Shown here one piece after another: positions 1-8,515 of a DNA stretch of 51,104 nt (position 1 is the stretch's first letter; every line of letters begins with the position of its first letter). The DNA is taken from the NCBI GenBank assembly GCA_002719695.1, contig PBEQ01000027.1:1-51104 (forward strand), given 5' to 3'. Below the pieces are notes generated by a model that saw nothing but the letters and a program-made list of their open reading frames with translations, searched no databases and was not told where the DNA came from. The DNA comes from a bacterium (lineage in GTDB: Bacteria > Margulisbacteria > Marinamargulisbacteria > GCA-2716485 > GCA-002719695). The position numbers and the translations under genes were made by a program.

Positions 1-2
1 AT

Positions 3-857
3 TTTGTACTTATGGTACTCCCCTACTTTATTTTAGGTGCAATTTTAAGTGCTTTTCTACAGTCTTATTTAAAAACAAGTGTTATTACGAATTATATTAA
101 TAAAGGATTGGGACCCATCATTAATGCTTGTTTATTAGGTGCTATTTTACCAGGATGTGCTTGTACAACAATGCCAATGATAGAAGGCTTAAAAAGCAAA
201 GTTAAACGCTTGGGTACTATTAGTTCTTTTCTTATGGCATCGCCACTTTTATCACCTCAAACGATTATTTTAACGTATGGATTACTGGGGCTAAAATTTA
301 CGCTTGGACGAATCCTTTTTGCTTTATTAGGATCGATAACCTTTGGTTTTATTTGTCAGCAATTACAAAATAAGAATATTTCAGGGTTTCATGGCAATTA
401 CTTAAGTCATAACCATAGTCATCATCATGGTTCATGCACGCATACTAAGCATGAACATTCCTCACCTTTTTTTAAAAACCTTTGGAAAATTTTTGATAGG
501 CTAGGAAAATATTTTTTTATTGGGATGATCTTAGCGACTCTTTTAACAATTTTAATTCCTAATGAAGCTATCCCTACATACATTGGCTCAGCTGGCTTGT
601 TATCTTTCTTACTTGCCTTACTGATTGGCATTCCACTTTACGTTCATGAAGGGGAAGAAATTTTAGTGACATTATCACTAATTACCTTGGGATTGGATAA
701 TGGACCAGCTATGACATTTTTGTTGGGATCCATAGGCACGTGTATTCCTACAGTTATCATGGCTCGTGAAGTCATTGGAAAAACCCCTTCACTATTATAT
801 GTTGTATTTTGGCTTACTTTTGCTCTAGTTTCTGGGTTAATTTTTCAATTTATGTAA
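3..857 (+). CDS. Predicted metal permease, ArsP/YraQ (DUF318)-like, with a His-rich loop. Probably 5'-truncated by the window edge.
   Basis: Multi-TM protein with the family-typical motif LPGCACTTMPM. The cytoplasmic His-rich loop reads SHNHSHHHGSCTHTKHEH. The reading frame stays open upstream of the ATG at 12 to the window start. Confidence 0.6.
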   Translation, partial: FVLMVLPYFILGAILSAFLQSYLKTSVITNYINKGLGPIINACLLGAILPGCACTTMPMIEGLKSKVKRLGTISSFLMASPLLSPQTIILTYGLLGLKFTLGRILFALLGSITFGFICQQLQNKNISGFHGNYLSHNHSHHHGSCTHTKHEHSSPFFKNLWKIFDRLGKYFFIGMILATLLTILIPNEAIPTYIGSAGLLSFLLALLIGIPLYVHEGEEILVTLSLITLGLDNGPAMTFLLGSIGTCIPTVIMAREVIGKTPSLLYVVFWLTFALVSGLIFQFM

Positions 858-898
858 TATATAACTAAATATTTTTTGATTGCAAACCTCTTTTTCAC

Positions 899-1525
899 TT
901 AAAAAAAATGATTTAATTTTTCTTTTTTAATCATTAAATAATTTTGATTATATTTATTTGATGTGATTCGAATTGGTTTTCGTTCTATTACCTTTATCTG
1001 ATGCTTTTCTAACCCTGCAACCTTTTTTGGATTATTGGTTAAAAGACGAACACTTGTGACATGGTGATCCGCTAAAATATAGGCCGCAATATCATAAGAA
1101 CGTAAATCAGCAGCAAAGCCTAATTCTTCATTGGCTTCTACTGTATCATAACCTTGCTCTTGTAATTGATAGGCCTTAATTTTATTTTCTATTCCAATCC
1201 CGCGACCTTCTTGCTTTAGATAAATAATCATTCCAGCCTCTTCTTTGGTTATTAAAGACATTGCCCGATTTAATTGGGCACCACAATCGCACTTTAATGA
1301 GGAAAAAACATCCCCCGTAACACACTCTGAATGAACTCTTACGTAAGGAGCCTTACATTTGTTGATGTCACCATGAATTAAAACTAAATGTTCTTTAGCT
1401 GTTTGAGAATCGATATAACATAAAAACTTAAACGTACCATATTCTGTTGGCAAATTTACAGAAGATGATTTTTTTAATATGTCTTTAAGATCATTTAAAT
1501 TTTTATTAGAGTTAACGTTTATCAT
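899..1525 (-). CDS. ribA: GTP cyclohydrolase II
   Basis: Contains VRVHSECVTGDVFSSLKCDCGAQL (the three Zn-ligand Cys), YLKQEGRGIGIENKIKAY and LLTNNPKK. The ORF extends to 1624, but the internal ATG at 1525 (MINVN...) gives a typical length. Confidence 0.85.
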   Translation of the reverse strand: MINVNSNKNLNDLKDILKKSSSVNLPTEYGTFKFLCYIDSQTAKEHLVLIHGDINKCKAPYVRVHSECVTGDVFSSLKCDCGAQLNRAMSLITKEEAGMIIYLKQEGRGIGIENKIKAYQLQEQGYDTVEANEELGFAADLRSYDIAAYILADHHVTSVRLLTNNPKKVAGLEKHQIKVIERKPIRITSNKYNQNYLMIKKEKLNHFF

Positions 1526-1673
1526 TACTTCACCAGCAATTTTATGCTTAATTAGCCTACTAATAAACCACAAATTGAATTTTATCGCAACTTTATTGCA
1601 ATAAGAACAAAACTTAGTTAACATAATTTAGTATTTTAAACGTTATTCACATTACAATTAGTAGGAAAAAAAC

Positions 1674-2312
1674 ATGAAACATCTATTAAATTTTATAGCT
1701 ATTACAATATTCATTATAATCTCACCACTATCTGCATATGAGCAACAAATTCATGTTCATGGTAAAGCTGAAGCTTCATTGATACTTACTCAGACTGAAG
1801 CTGTAATTGAAGTTCGGATTCCGGCTATATCGATTCTAGGATTTGAGCATTCTCCTCAATCAACACAAGAACAGCAATTATTACAACGAGTATCAAAATC
1901 CTTAAAAGAGACTCCCTTATTTACATTTATACATCAAAAAGGGTGGCTTAAAAAAAATGAGATATTAACAACTAGACTATCAGAAAACACCGTAAATCTT
2001 GTTGTTAATAACAAAAAAAATCATAATCAGCATGGTAACTCTCGTGATCATCATGAACATAATTATCATAATAACCATCAAGGCCATGATCATTCATTAC
2101 ATACCCCATCTCTCGAAGAAACTCATGCTGAAATTATTATAAAAAAACATTATGTCTTTGATTCAAATAAATCTATTAATAATTTAGATATTCATTTATT
2201 AGATAACGTTCCTGATCTACATGAACTTAATTTGATGCTTATTAGTAATGATAGGCAAATCAACTATACGATTAGTCGTGATAACTCTATGGTTAAACTT
2301 AATCCTATTTAA
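1674..2312 (+). CDS. Secreted His-rich metal-binding protein, DUF2796/ZrgA-like
   Basis: Has a signal peptide (ITIFIIISPLSAYE), an HVHG motif and a His-rich tract (NHNQHGNSRDHHEHNYHNNHQGHDHSLH). It sits upstream of the ABC/FtsX/DUF3299 genes. Confidence 0.6.
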   Translation: MKHLLNFIAITIFIIISPLSAYEQQIHVHGKAEASLILTQTEAVIEVRIPAISILGFEHSPQSTQEQQLLQRVSKSLKETPLFTFIHQKGWLKKNEILTTRLSENTVNLVVNNKKNHNQHGNSRDHHEHNYHNNHQGHDHSLHTPSLEETHAEIIIKKHYVFDSNKSINNLDIHLLDNVPDLHELNLMLISNDRQINYTISRDNSMVKLNPI

Positions 2313-2397
2313 TAACAATGTTAAATATAAGGTTTACAATTTTGAAAAGACCAGTAATACTATTAGCTACTTGAAGTAGGATTGAGAGGATTATCTA

Positions 2398-2781
2398 ATG
2401 GCAAATAGTGAATCAAAATTATTATATATTGCATCGATGGCGTGTGTTTTACACTGTCTAGCGACACCGTTTCTAATTGTTATTGCGCCTTTTTTAGGTA
2501 GTTTTTTTGAAAATCCTATTATTGAATATTCTCTTTTACTTATTTCTCTTGTTTGCGGTAGCTTTATTATTTATAAAGGTTATTGCAGCCATAAAAAATT
2601 GCATTTATTTTTCCTTTATTTAATGGGCACCGTTTTATGGGTCGTGCACTCTGCATTTGAATATCATGATATCAATGGCGCAAAAATTTATTTTACTATT
2701 GGAACTATGTTTGTTTTAAGTTCTTATTTTTTAAGTCATCGTTTAGTCAAGTGTTGTCCTTCTGAATGCTGTAATGACTGA
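2398..2781 (+). CDS. MerC-family membrane protein with a Cys-rich C-terminus
   Basis: N-terminal MACVLHCLATPFLIVIAPFLG is typical of the MerC domain. It has four TM segments and a CCPSECCND tail. Its stop overlaps the next ATG (TGATG). Confidence 0.6.
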   Translation: MANSESKLLYIASMACVLHCLATPFLIVIAPFLGSFFENPIIEYSLLLISLVCGSFIIYKGYCSHKKLHLFFLYLMGTVLWVVHSAFEYHDINGAKIYFTIGTMFVLSSYFLSHRLVKCCPSECCND

Positions 2782-3494
2782 TGTCACTTGTTCGGTTTGA
2801 TAATTTTCTATTAAATTATCCATCTGATACTAGTTTCTCACTGCAAATTAAGAATCTCATACTTGAAAAAAATAAGAAAATATTTATTGAAGGCCCTAGC
2901 GGATGCGGAAAAACTACTTTTTTAAATGTTATTACAGGCCTTACTAAGCCTGTTACGGGCAATATATATGTTTTAGATACAAATATCACTGCGCTTAATC
3001 AAGTAGCATGTGATCGATTTAGAGTCGATCATTTTGGAATTATATTTCAACTATTTAATTTAATTCCTTATCTTACTGTTATAGAAAATATTATTTTGCC
3101 ATGCACATTTTCTACTCAACGACGTAAAAAGGCACTCGCTAATAACAAAACGTTAGAAGAAGAAGCTCGCCGATTATGTACTGAACTTGATATTACTGAT
3201 TCTTTACTTAATAAACCCATCAGCCAATTAAGCATTGGTCAACAACAACGTGTTTCTATTGCTCGAGCAATTATAGGACAGCCCGATATCATCATTGCAG
3301 ATGAACCAACTTCTGCGCTTGATGATGATAGAAAAAATCAATTTATGAGCTTATTATTAAAAGAATGTAACACATATAATCTAGATCTTATTTTTGTTTC
3401 GCATGATACATCATTACAATCTCATTTTAATCAAATATATCATTTAGAAAATCTAAATAATACTCACTCTAACAACGATCATGTCATTACTTAA
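2781..3494 (+). CDS. ABC transporter ATP-binding protein (MacB/LolD-like)
   Basis: Walker A is GPSGCGKTT, the signature is LSIGQQQRVSIARA and Walker B is IIIADEPTSALD. Confidence 0.9.
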   Translation: MSLVRFDNFLLNYPSDTSFSLQIKNLILEKNKKIFIEGPSGCGKTTFLNVITGLTKPVTGNIYVLDTNITALNQVACDRFRVDHFGIIFQLFNLIPYLTVIENIILPCTFSTQRRKKALANNKTLEEEARRLCTELDITDSLLNKPISQLSIGQQQRVSIARAIIGQPDIIIADEPTSALDDDRKNQFMSLLLKECNTYNLDLIFVSHDTSLQSHFNQIYHLENLNNTHSNNDHVIT

Positions 3495-4704
3495 GCTTAC
3501 ATTAAAACGTCTGTTTAGCAGAAAAGTAACATCGTTATTGTTAATTTTATCAATTGGTTTAAGTACCCTGCTCTTAGTTGGTGTACAAAAAATTAAACAA
3601 AGTGCTAAAGATAGTTTTAGTCAGAGTCTATCAGGAACAGATCTTATTGTGGGTGCACGTTCTGGAGATACCCAATTATTACTTTATACTGTTTTTCGAC
3701 AAGGTCAACCCATTGCAAATATGTCTTGGAAAAGTGTTAAAGAAATCCAAACTTTTCCTGAAATTAGTTGGGTGGTCCCCATATCACTTGGAGACTCCCA
3801 CAAAGGGTATCCCGTACTTGGTACAACATTACCATACTTTAAGCATTATAAATATGCCTCTAAACAACCTCTTAAACTAAAAACTGGCCGCTTATTTCAA
3901 GATGTTTTTGAAGTTGTTTTGGGTTCGGAAGTTGCAAAACATTTAAACTATAAACTTAATGATCGATTATTTTTAGCCCATGGTATTGCAAAAGGAAATC
4001 TTACCATCCATAAAAATTATTCTTTTAACGTTGTTGGTGTTTTAAAGCCAACAGGAACTCCGGTTGATAAAACACTTCATATACCGATTGAAGGTTTTAC
4101 AGCACTTCATATTAAAGGAGATAAAAAGACGATAAAGACATATGATTTAACACCAAAATCAGTTACTAGCTGCTTAATTGGATTAACGTCAAAAATTAGT
4201 ATTTTTTCAGTTCAAAAACAAATTGTTAACTGGAAACAAGAACCTCTTATGGCAATTATTCCTGGAGTAACGTTATCTCGATTATGGGATAATATTCGTA
4301 CTATTGATACTGCTTTTTTTATTATAACTCTCCTTGTTACTCTCATTACATTTATTGGATTATTACTAGTACTTCTTATTTCATTACAACAAAGTAAACG
4401 TGAATTAGCTATTTTACGAACTTTAGGGGCTCATCCTTTACAATTATCATGGTTACTAATACTTGAATCTTTATTTATTACAACAAGTGGTGTTATTTTT
4501 GGACTGGGTCTTATGAATAGCTTCGGTTATGCTCTTAAACCTTTTTTTGAAGAAAAAATGGGTCTAATATTGTCATTTAATGTGTTAACTTTACCAGAAT
4601 TATATTTAGCATTATGTATTATTTTTATTGGAATTCTTACGAGCAGTATTCCTGCATTACTAGCCTATCGAAAAGGGTTGTCAGAAGGATTTGTTTCTTT
4701 ATGA
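3481..4704 (+). CDS. ABC transporter permease, FtsX-like (MacB-type periplasmic domain)
   Basis: One N-terminal TM, a large periplasmic domain and a C-terminal three-TM FtsX module (LAILRTLGAHPLQL). It overlaps the ATPase gene by 14 nt. Confidence 0.8.
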   Translation: MSLLKLTLKRLFSRKVTSLLLILSIGLSTLLLVGVQKIKQSAKDSFSQSLSGTDLIVGARSGDTQLLLYTVFRQGQPIANMSWKSVKEIQTFPEISWVVPISLGDSHKGYPVLGTTLPYFKHYKYASKQPLKLKTGRLFQDVFEVVLGSEVAKHLNYKLNDRLFLAHGIAKGNLTIHKNYSFNVVGVLKPTGTPVDKTLHIPIEGFTALHIKGDKKTIKTYDLTPKSVTSCLIGLTSKISIFSVQKQIVNWKQEPLMAIIPGVTLSRLWDNIRTIDTAFFIITLLVTLITFIGLLLVLLISLQQSKRELAILRTLGAHPLQLSWLLILESLFITTSGVIFGLGLMNSFGYALKPFFEEKMGLILSFNVLTLPELYLALCIIFIGILTSSIPALLAYRKGLSEGFVSL

Positions 4705-5219
4705 ACGTGGCTTTTTGCATACTAAGTATTGTTATTTGTTTAACAAGTCATGGTTTTGCTAACGATGTAACAGACGTAACATGGGAAATAATGAGCAATA
4801 TGAATTATGAAACAGGAACGATGCCAGCATCACTACGATTACTTGATAATCAATTAGTCGAAGTTGCTGGATTTATTGTTCCTTTAGATGACTTTAGTTT
4901 TGATTATGTTAAAGAATTTTTGTTAGTGCCTGATCCAATGTCATGCATCCATGTCCCTCCGCCACCTCCTAATCAGATGATCCATGTCAAAATGAAACGA
5001 AAAATCCCACTAAATATGGATTATCGAGGTGTAGCAATTAAGGGTATCTTAACCTTTACTGAACCTGAAAAAGGTCTGTTTAGCTATGAACTTGCGGGTA
5101 TTTCTGCAGAGGAAGCTGATATTGAATTTGATGACCCTTTTATCGAGTTTGATGAGTATCAATTAGATGATACTGATTTAGAGGGTACGTTTTTAGAGGA
5201 TACCTTTTCTGAGTTATAA
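4701..5219 (+). CDS. DUF3299-family periplasmic protein with an acidic C-terminal tail
   Basis: Has a signal peptide from the ATG at 4701, which overlaps the upstream stop as ATGA. Motif VEVAGFIVPLD...FLLVPDPMSCIHVPPPPPNQMIHV. The track start at 4614 lies inside the permease gene. Confidence 0.7.
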   Translation: MNVAFCILSIVICLTSHGFANDVTDVTWEIMSNMNYETGTMPASLRLLDNQLVEVAGFIVPLDDFSFDYVKEFLLVPDPMSCIHVPPPPPNQMIHVKMKRKIPLNMDYRGVAIKGILTFTEPEKGLFSYELAGISAEEADIEFDDPFIEFDEYQLDDTDLEGTFLEDTFSEL

Positions 5220-5618
5220 TACCCATATTTCTGTTTTAATATATAGAAAGTTTAAATTCAAATCTAGAGCTTATCTGAATAGTATACAAACCGTCTTGAT
5301 GAGCATGTTAAACTCCCTGATGCTTGCAAAATCTCACTAGCTGTTTTAGGTATTCAACATGGTTCTTCGGTAACTTTATCAACAAACCGCTCCTAACCCA
5401 CGTCGCATAATCATTCCCATGTTACCTCACTACAAATTTAAGATTAGAAAGGAATCCTGACAAGGTTCCTTTTGTGCCGAACCAAAACTAGTAAAAAATA
5501 AGTAAATCTATTTTAAAAGAATCAGATTTAAAAGAATCAGAAACACATCCCAAAATCACTCAATCAAACCTGTCTATAACCCTGTTTCATAATCAAATAT
5601 AAACTAAAAGTAGCTGTC

Positions 5619-5638
5619 TCATAAACGATCGTTTATGA
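5619..5638. promoter_or_regulatory. Perfect 20-bp palindrome TCATAAACGATCGTTTATGA
   Basis: It equals its own reverse complement. It lies 31 nt downstream of the pyrD-like stop. Its core is shared with the palindrome at 50151-50176. Confidence 0.35.
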
Positions 5639-5668
5639 CCTACATTTTTTCCTGAACAATAAGGTATA

Positions 5669-6736
5669 TTACTTAAGTATCTTTGGAATAATAAAAGGAT
5701 TCATAACCAATGCTGTTGCCATTCCGACTAATGAGGCACCTGCTTCTAAGCAGGCATTAACACTAGCTTCTGAGTGAATACCCCCTGTAGCCATAACGGG
5801 ACACTTTATATTATTTAGTAGGCGTATGATTTCTAATGTTCTTGGAAATAAACTAGGGCCACTTAATCCGCCACCACCCTTGCTAATAGCCTTACTACTT
5901 AAACCAATTTCACTGCATAATCGATATGTTGTATTTCCAGCATTAATCATCATCATATCAAACTGACTAATAATATCTGCTAAATTTAAGAGATCTTCAT
6001 TGGTCTGATCGGGTGATAACTTAACGCTAATTACACGCTTGGTTTTAGATCTTAGTTCTCTCAATACATTAGCTAACTCTTCTGGATTATCAGCTAAACA
6101 TTGCCCTGATTCTGTATTAGGACAACTAATATTAATTTCATAATAAAATGGAAATGTATTAGTCTTAATATGCGTTTCATAAATCATAAAGGTTCGCCGA
6201 TAATCATCACTATTATCGCCTCCTATACTTAACCCGATAGGCCTTTGATATGCTAGTAATGAACTTGCTAAAATAGTTTTAATCGTCACCTCAGCTCCTT
6301 TTCCAGGTAATCCGAGCGCATTAATTAAACTAGGTTGATTATTAATCATAACTTCTTGTAATCGAGGCCTAGGATTACCCATTCGAGGATGCGTCATCAT
6401 TGTCTTATAACAGCCACCACCAATTCCTAACTCAAAGAAAAATGATAATAAATCTATATTTGATTCGTAAGCTGAAAATGTTAATGGATTTTTAAATGTT
6501 AAATTGTAAATATCTACTTGATTATTAACGTTATTTGAATTGCTTAAGTGTCTTATTACAGGCCAGGCTGGCTTACTTAATTTTAGTAGTATATGGCCAC
6601 TTTTTACGATGCCTTCTAAGTCCTTCGGCTTTAATACTATTTTTCTAGCAGTAAAAATCACTATTTTTATAACGTTGCGAATACCTTTATAACAATATCC
6701 AAATAGATTTATCCACATTAAGAAGTAGTGTACCAT
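5669..6736 (-). CDS. pyrD: Dihydroorotate dehydrogenase family protein (divergent)
   Basis: Motifs are GNPRPRL, INALGLPGKG, EINISCPNT, KLSPD, GGLSGPSLFP and ATGGIHS. The start is uncertain (6760, 6736 or 6718). Confidence 0.7.
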   Translation of the reverse strand: MVHYFLMWINLFGYCYKGIRNVIKIVIFTARKIVLKPKDLEGIVKSGHILLKLSKPAWPVIRHLSNSNNVNNQVDIYNLTFKNPLTFSAYESNIDLLSFFFELGIGGGCYKTMMTHPRMGNPRPRLQEVMINNQPSLINALGLPGKGAEVTIKTILASSLLAYQRPIGLSIGGDNSDDYRRTFMIYETHIKTNTFPFYYEINISCPNTESGQCLADNPEELANVLRELRSKTKRVISVKLSPDQTNEDLLNLADIISQFDMMMINAGNTTYRLCSEIGLSSKAISKGGGGLSGPSLFPRTLEIIRLLNNIKCPVMATGGIHSEASVNACLEAGASLVGMATALVMNPFIIPKILK

Positions 6737-6751
6737 ATTCGCAGATACAAG

Positions 6752-7786
6752 ATGAAACAAAAATATGATGTACTAATTATTGGTCAAGGAATAGCCGGTT
6801 CATGTTTAGCATACTTATTACTGCAACAGGGTATTTCTACACATATTATTTCATCCCCATTAAAACCAAACGCATCTCGCATTGCAGGAGGTTTAATCCA
6901 ACGTATTTCTGGCAACTTTTTATCCTTACCAGATCTTATTCAAGATCATTTTGATGATGCTGTATCGTTTTACAACAATCTAAATTCCGTTTTTAAAATA
7001 CCCATCATTCAAAACTACCCTACTTTTCGAATTTTGGATTCATCACAACTTAAATTATGGGAAAAGAAATGCTCCCAAAAACGCTATAGCGCCTATTTAC
7101 CGCTTAATCTTTCACCATTTTCAATTAATCAAAAAACTCATCAAGCTATTAAATTTAATGAAACATATGTTGTAAATACAGAGTTATTATTAACGTTATT
7201 TACTAACTTTTTTATCAAAAAAAATATGTTAACGCTTTATACACTACAAGAACATGAACTAACCTTTAAAAAAGATCGTGTTGAGTTTAATAACATAACG
7301 GCTAATTATATTATCTTTTGTGTGGGGTCTTTCTTAAAAGAATGGTCTTTATTTAAAAATTTTTCAATGACTAACTCAAAGGGTGATATTTTATCACTAA
7401 GATTACATAATCCTGAAAAACAGGTTATTCAGTCTGATAAATGGCTAGCACCAGCAGAAGATAATTTATTTAAATTTGGCTCAACTTATGAGCAAGATTC
7501 AAGCCTAGCTCCAAAGAAATCTAATTATTATGAGTTATGTTCATCATTAGATCGTTTAGGATTTTGTGATTATTCTATTCACAATATTGCATCAGCACAT
7601 CGTTGTACCTTTTATGATTATAAGCCTAGCATGGGATTTTTAAGTTCGATTCCACAGGTTGGTATTTTTTCAGGATTTAGTTCCAAAGGCTATATCACAG
7701 CACCCTCATTAGCTCAGCAATGGAGTAGAACATTTCCTGGTATAAAAACCAAAGAATTGCTTCCTCATCGTTTAAATCGACGTTAA
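6752..7786 (+). CDS. FAD-dependent oxidoreductase (DAO-like)
   Basis: N-terminal Rossmann motif MKQKYDVLIIGQGIAGSCLAYLL. The track start at 6728 would overlap the pyrD 5' end. Confidence 0.7.
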   Translation: MKQKYDVLIIGQGIAGSCLAYLLLQQGISTHIISSPLKPNASRIAGGLIQRISGNFLSLPDLIQDHFDDAVSFYNNLNSVFKIPIIQNYPTFRILDSSQLKLWEKKCSQKRYSAYLPLNLSPFSINQKTHQAIKFNETYVVNTELLLTLFTNFFIKKNMLTLYTLQEHELTFKKDRVEFNNITANYIIFCVGSFLKEWSLFKNFSMTNSKGDILSLRLHNPEKQVIQSDKWLAPAEDNLFKFGSTYEQDSSLAPKKSNYYELCSSLDRLGFCDYSIHNIASAHRCTFYDYKPSMGFLSSIPQVGIFSGFSSKGYITAPSLAQQWSRTFPGIKTKELLPHRLNRR

Positions 7787-7912
7787 CAACCTATTTTTGT
7801 ACTTAATAACGTTTATTTTTTTCAAATATTGGGTATATATAATTAGAGCTAATTATACTTAAAAAAACTAGCTCGTAGTAAAGAATTAGTCAAATTAGTG
7901 TTGGGGGGCATA

Positions 7913-8515
7913 ATGACGACGTTATCTTACAGTTCAAATTATGTTTTAAGTGTGATTGGAATTTGCTTGATCTGCTTTAGTACCAGTATATTATCACTTA
8001 CGGTTACCATGCCCGCTTCTTCAAATTCGGACCCACAATCAAATAACGAAATGGATGTAAATTATACATCGTATATTACTGAAACAGCAGATTTAAGTAA
8101 TGCAATTGCAATCACCTATTTAGGTTATGGGAATCCTCAATTAAATCCATTTTCTCCCATTTTTAATATTAGTAAATATGTTGAACCCCAAAGTGTTATT
8201 CTTGAAGTTGTTAAAGAAGCATTATTTTATCCAAATCCTTTTAGTTTAGCCCATGATACGGTTCAAATTGGAATCGAATTAACGAAAGACATTGTAGAAA
8301 ATTCTCTTGAAATACACCTTTACGATATGAAAGGATTTAAGGTTTTTGAAGCATTTTTTCAAGATCAGATTTTAGGTGGTAGTTATCAAAAATTAAATTT
8401 TTCAGAAGAAAGTTTTGGCAAACCCATTCCTAAGATGTCATCAGGTGTTTATGTTTATTTATTAATGCATGAAGGCGAGGTATTAAGTAAAGGTAAAATT
8501 GTGGTTAAACCGTGA
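7913..8515 (+). CDS. Small secreted protein with a T9SS-type (Por_Secre_tail / FlgD-Ig-like) C-terminal domain
   Basis: The C-terminus reads YPNPFSLAHDTVQIGIEL...LEIHLYDMKGFKVFE...SGVYVYLLMHEGEVLSKGKIVV. An N-terminal TM or signal segment is present. The ATG at 7913 is preceded by a G-rich SD-like run. Confidence 0.6.
   Translation: MTTLSYSSNYVLSVIGICLICFSTSILSLTVTMPASSNSDPQSNNEMDVNYTSYITETADLSNAIAITYLGYGNPQLNPFSPIFNISKYVEPQSVILEVVKEALFYPNPFSLAHDTVQIGIELTKDIVENSLEIHLYDMKGFKVFEAFFQDQILGGSYQKLNFSEESFGKPIPKMSSGVYVYLLMHEGEVLSKGKIVVKP

Noticed and set aside
1526-1673. A possible FMN riboswitch upstream of ribA.
   Set aside because: The region is extremely AT-rich and lacks the conserved GC-rich FMN aptamer helices. 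Only one short AT hairpin is present.
7640-7665. The tRNA T-loop-like string GTTCGATTCC.
   Set aside because: The flanking bases cannot form a T-stem (TTAAG versus CCACA) or an acceptor stem. The string lies inside the FAD oxidoreductase coding frame.
7843-7875. A GAGCTA...TAGCTC hairpin upstream of the T9SS-CTD gene that resembles the arms of the terminator at 26103-26133.
   Set aside because: Only 6-bp arms are shared, no T-tract follows, and the similarity is too short to call a repeat family.
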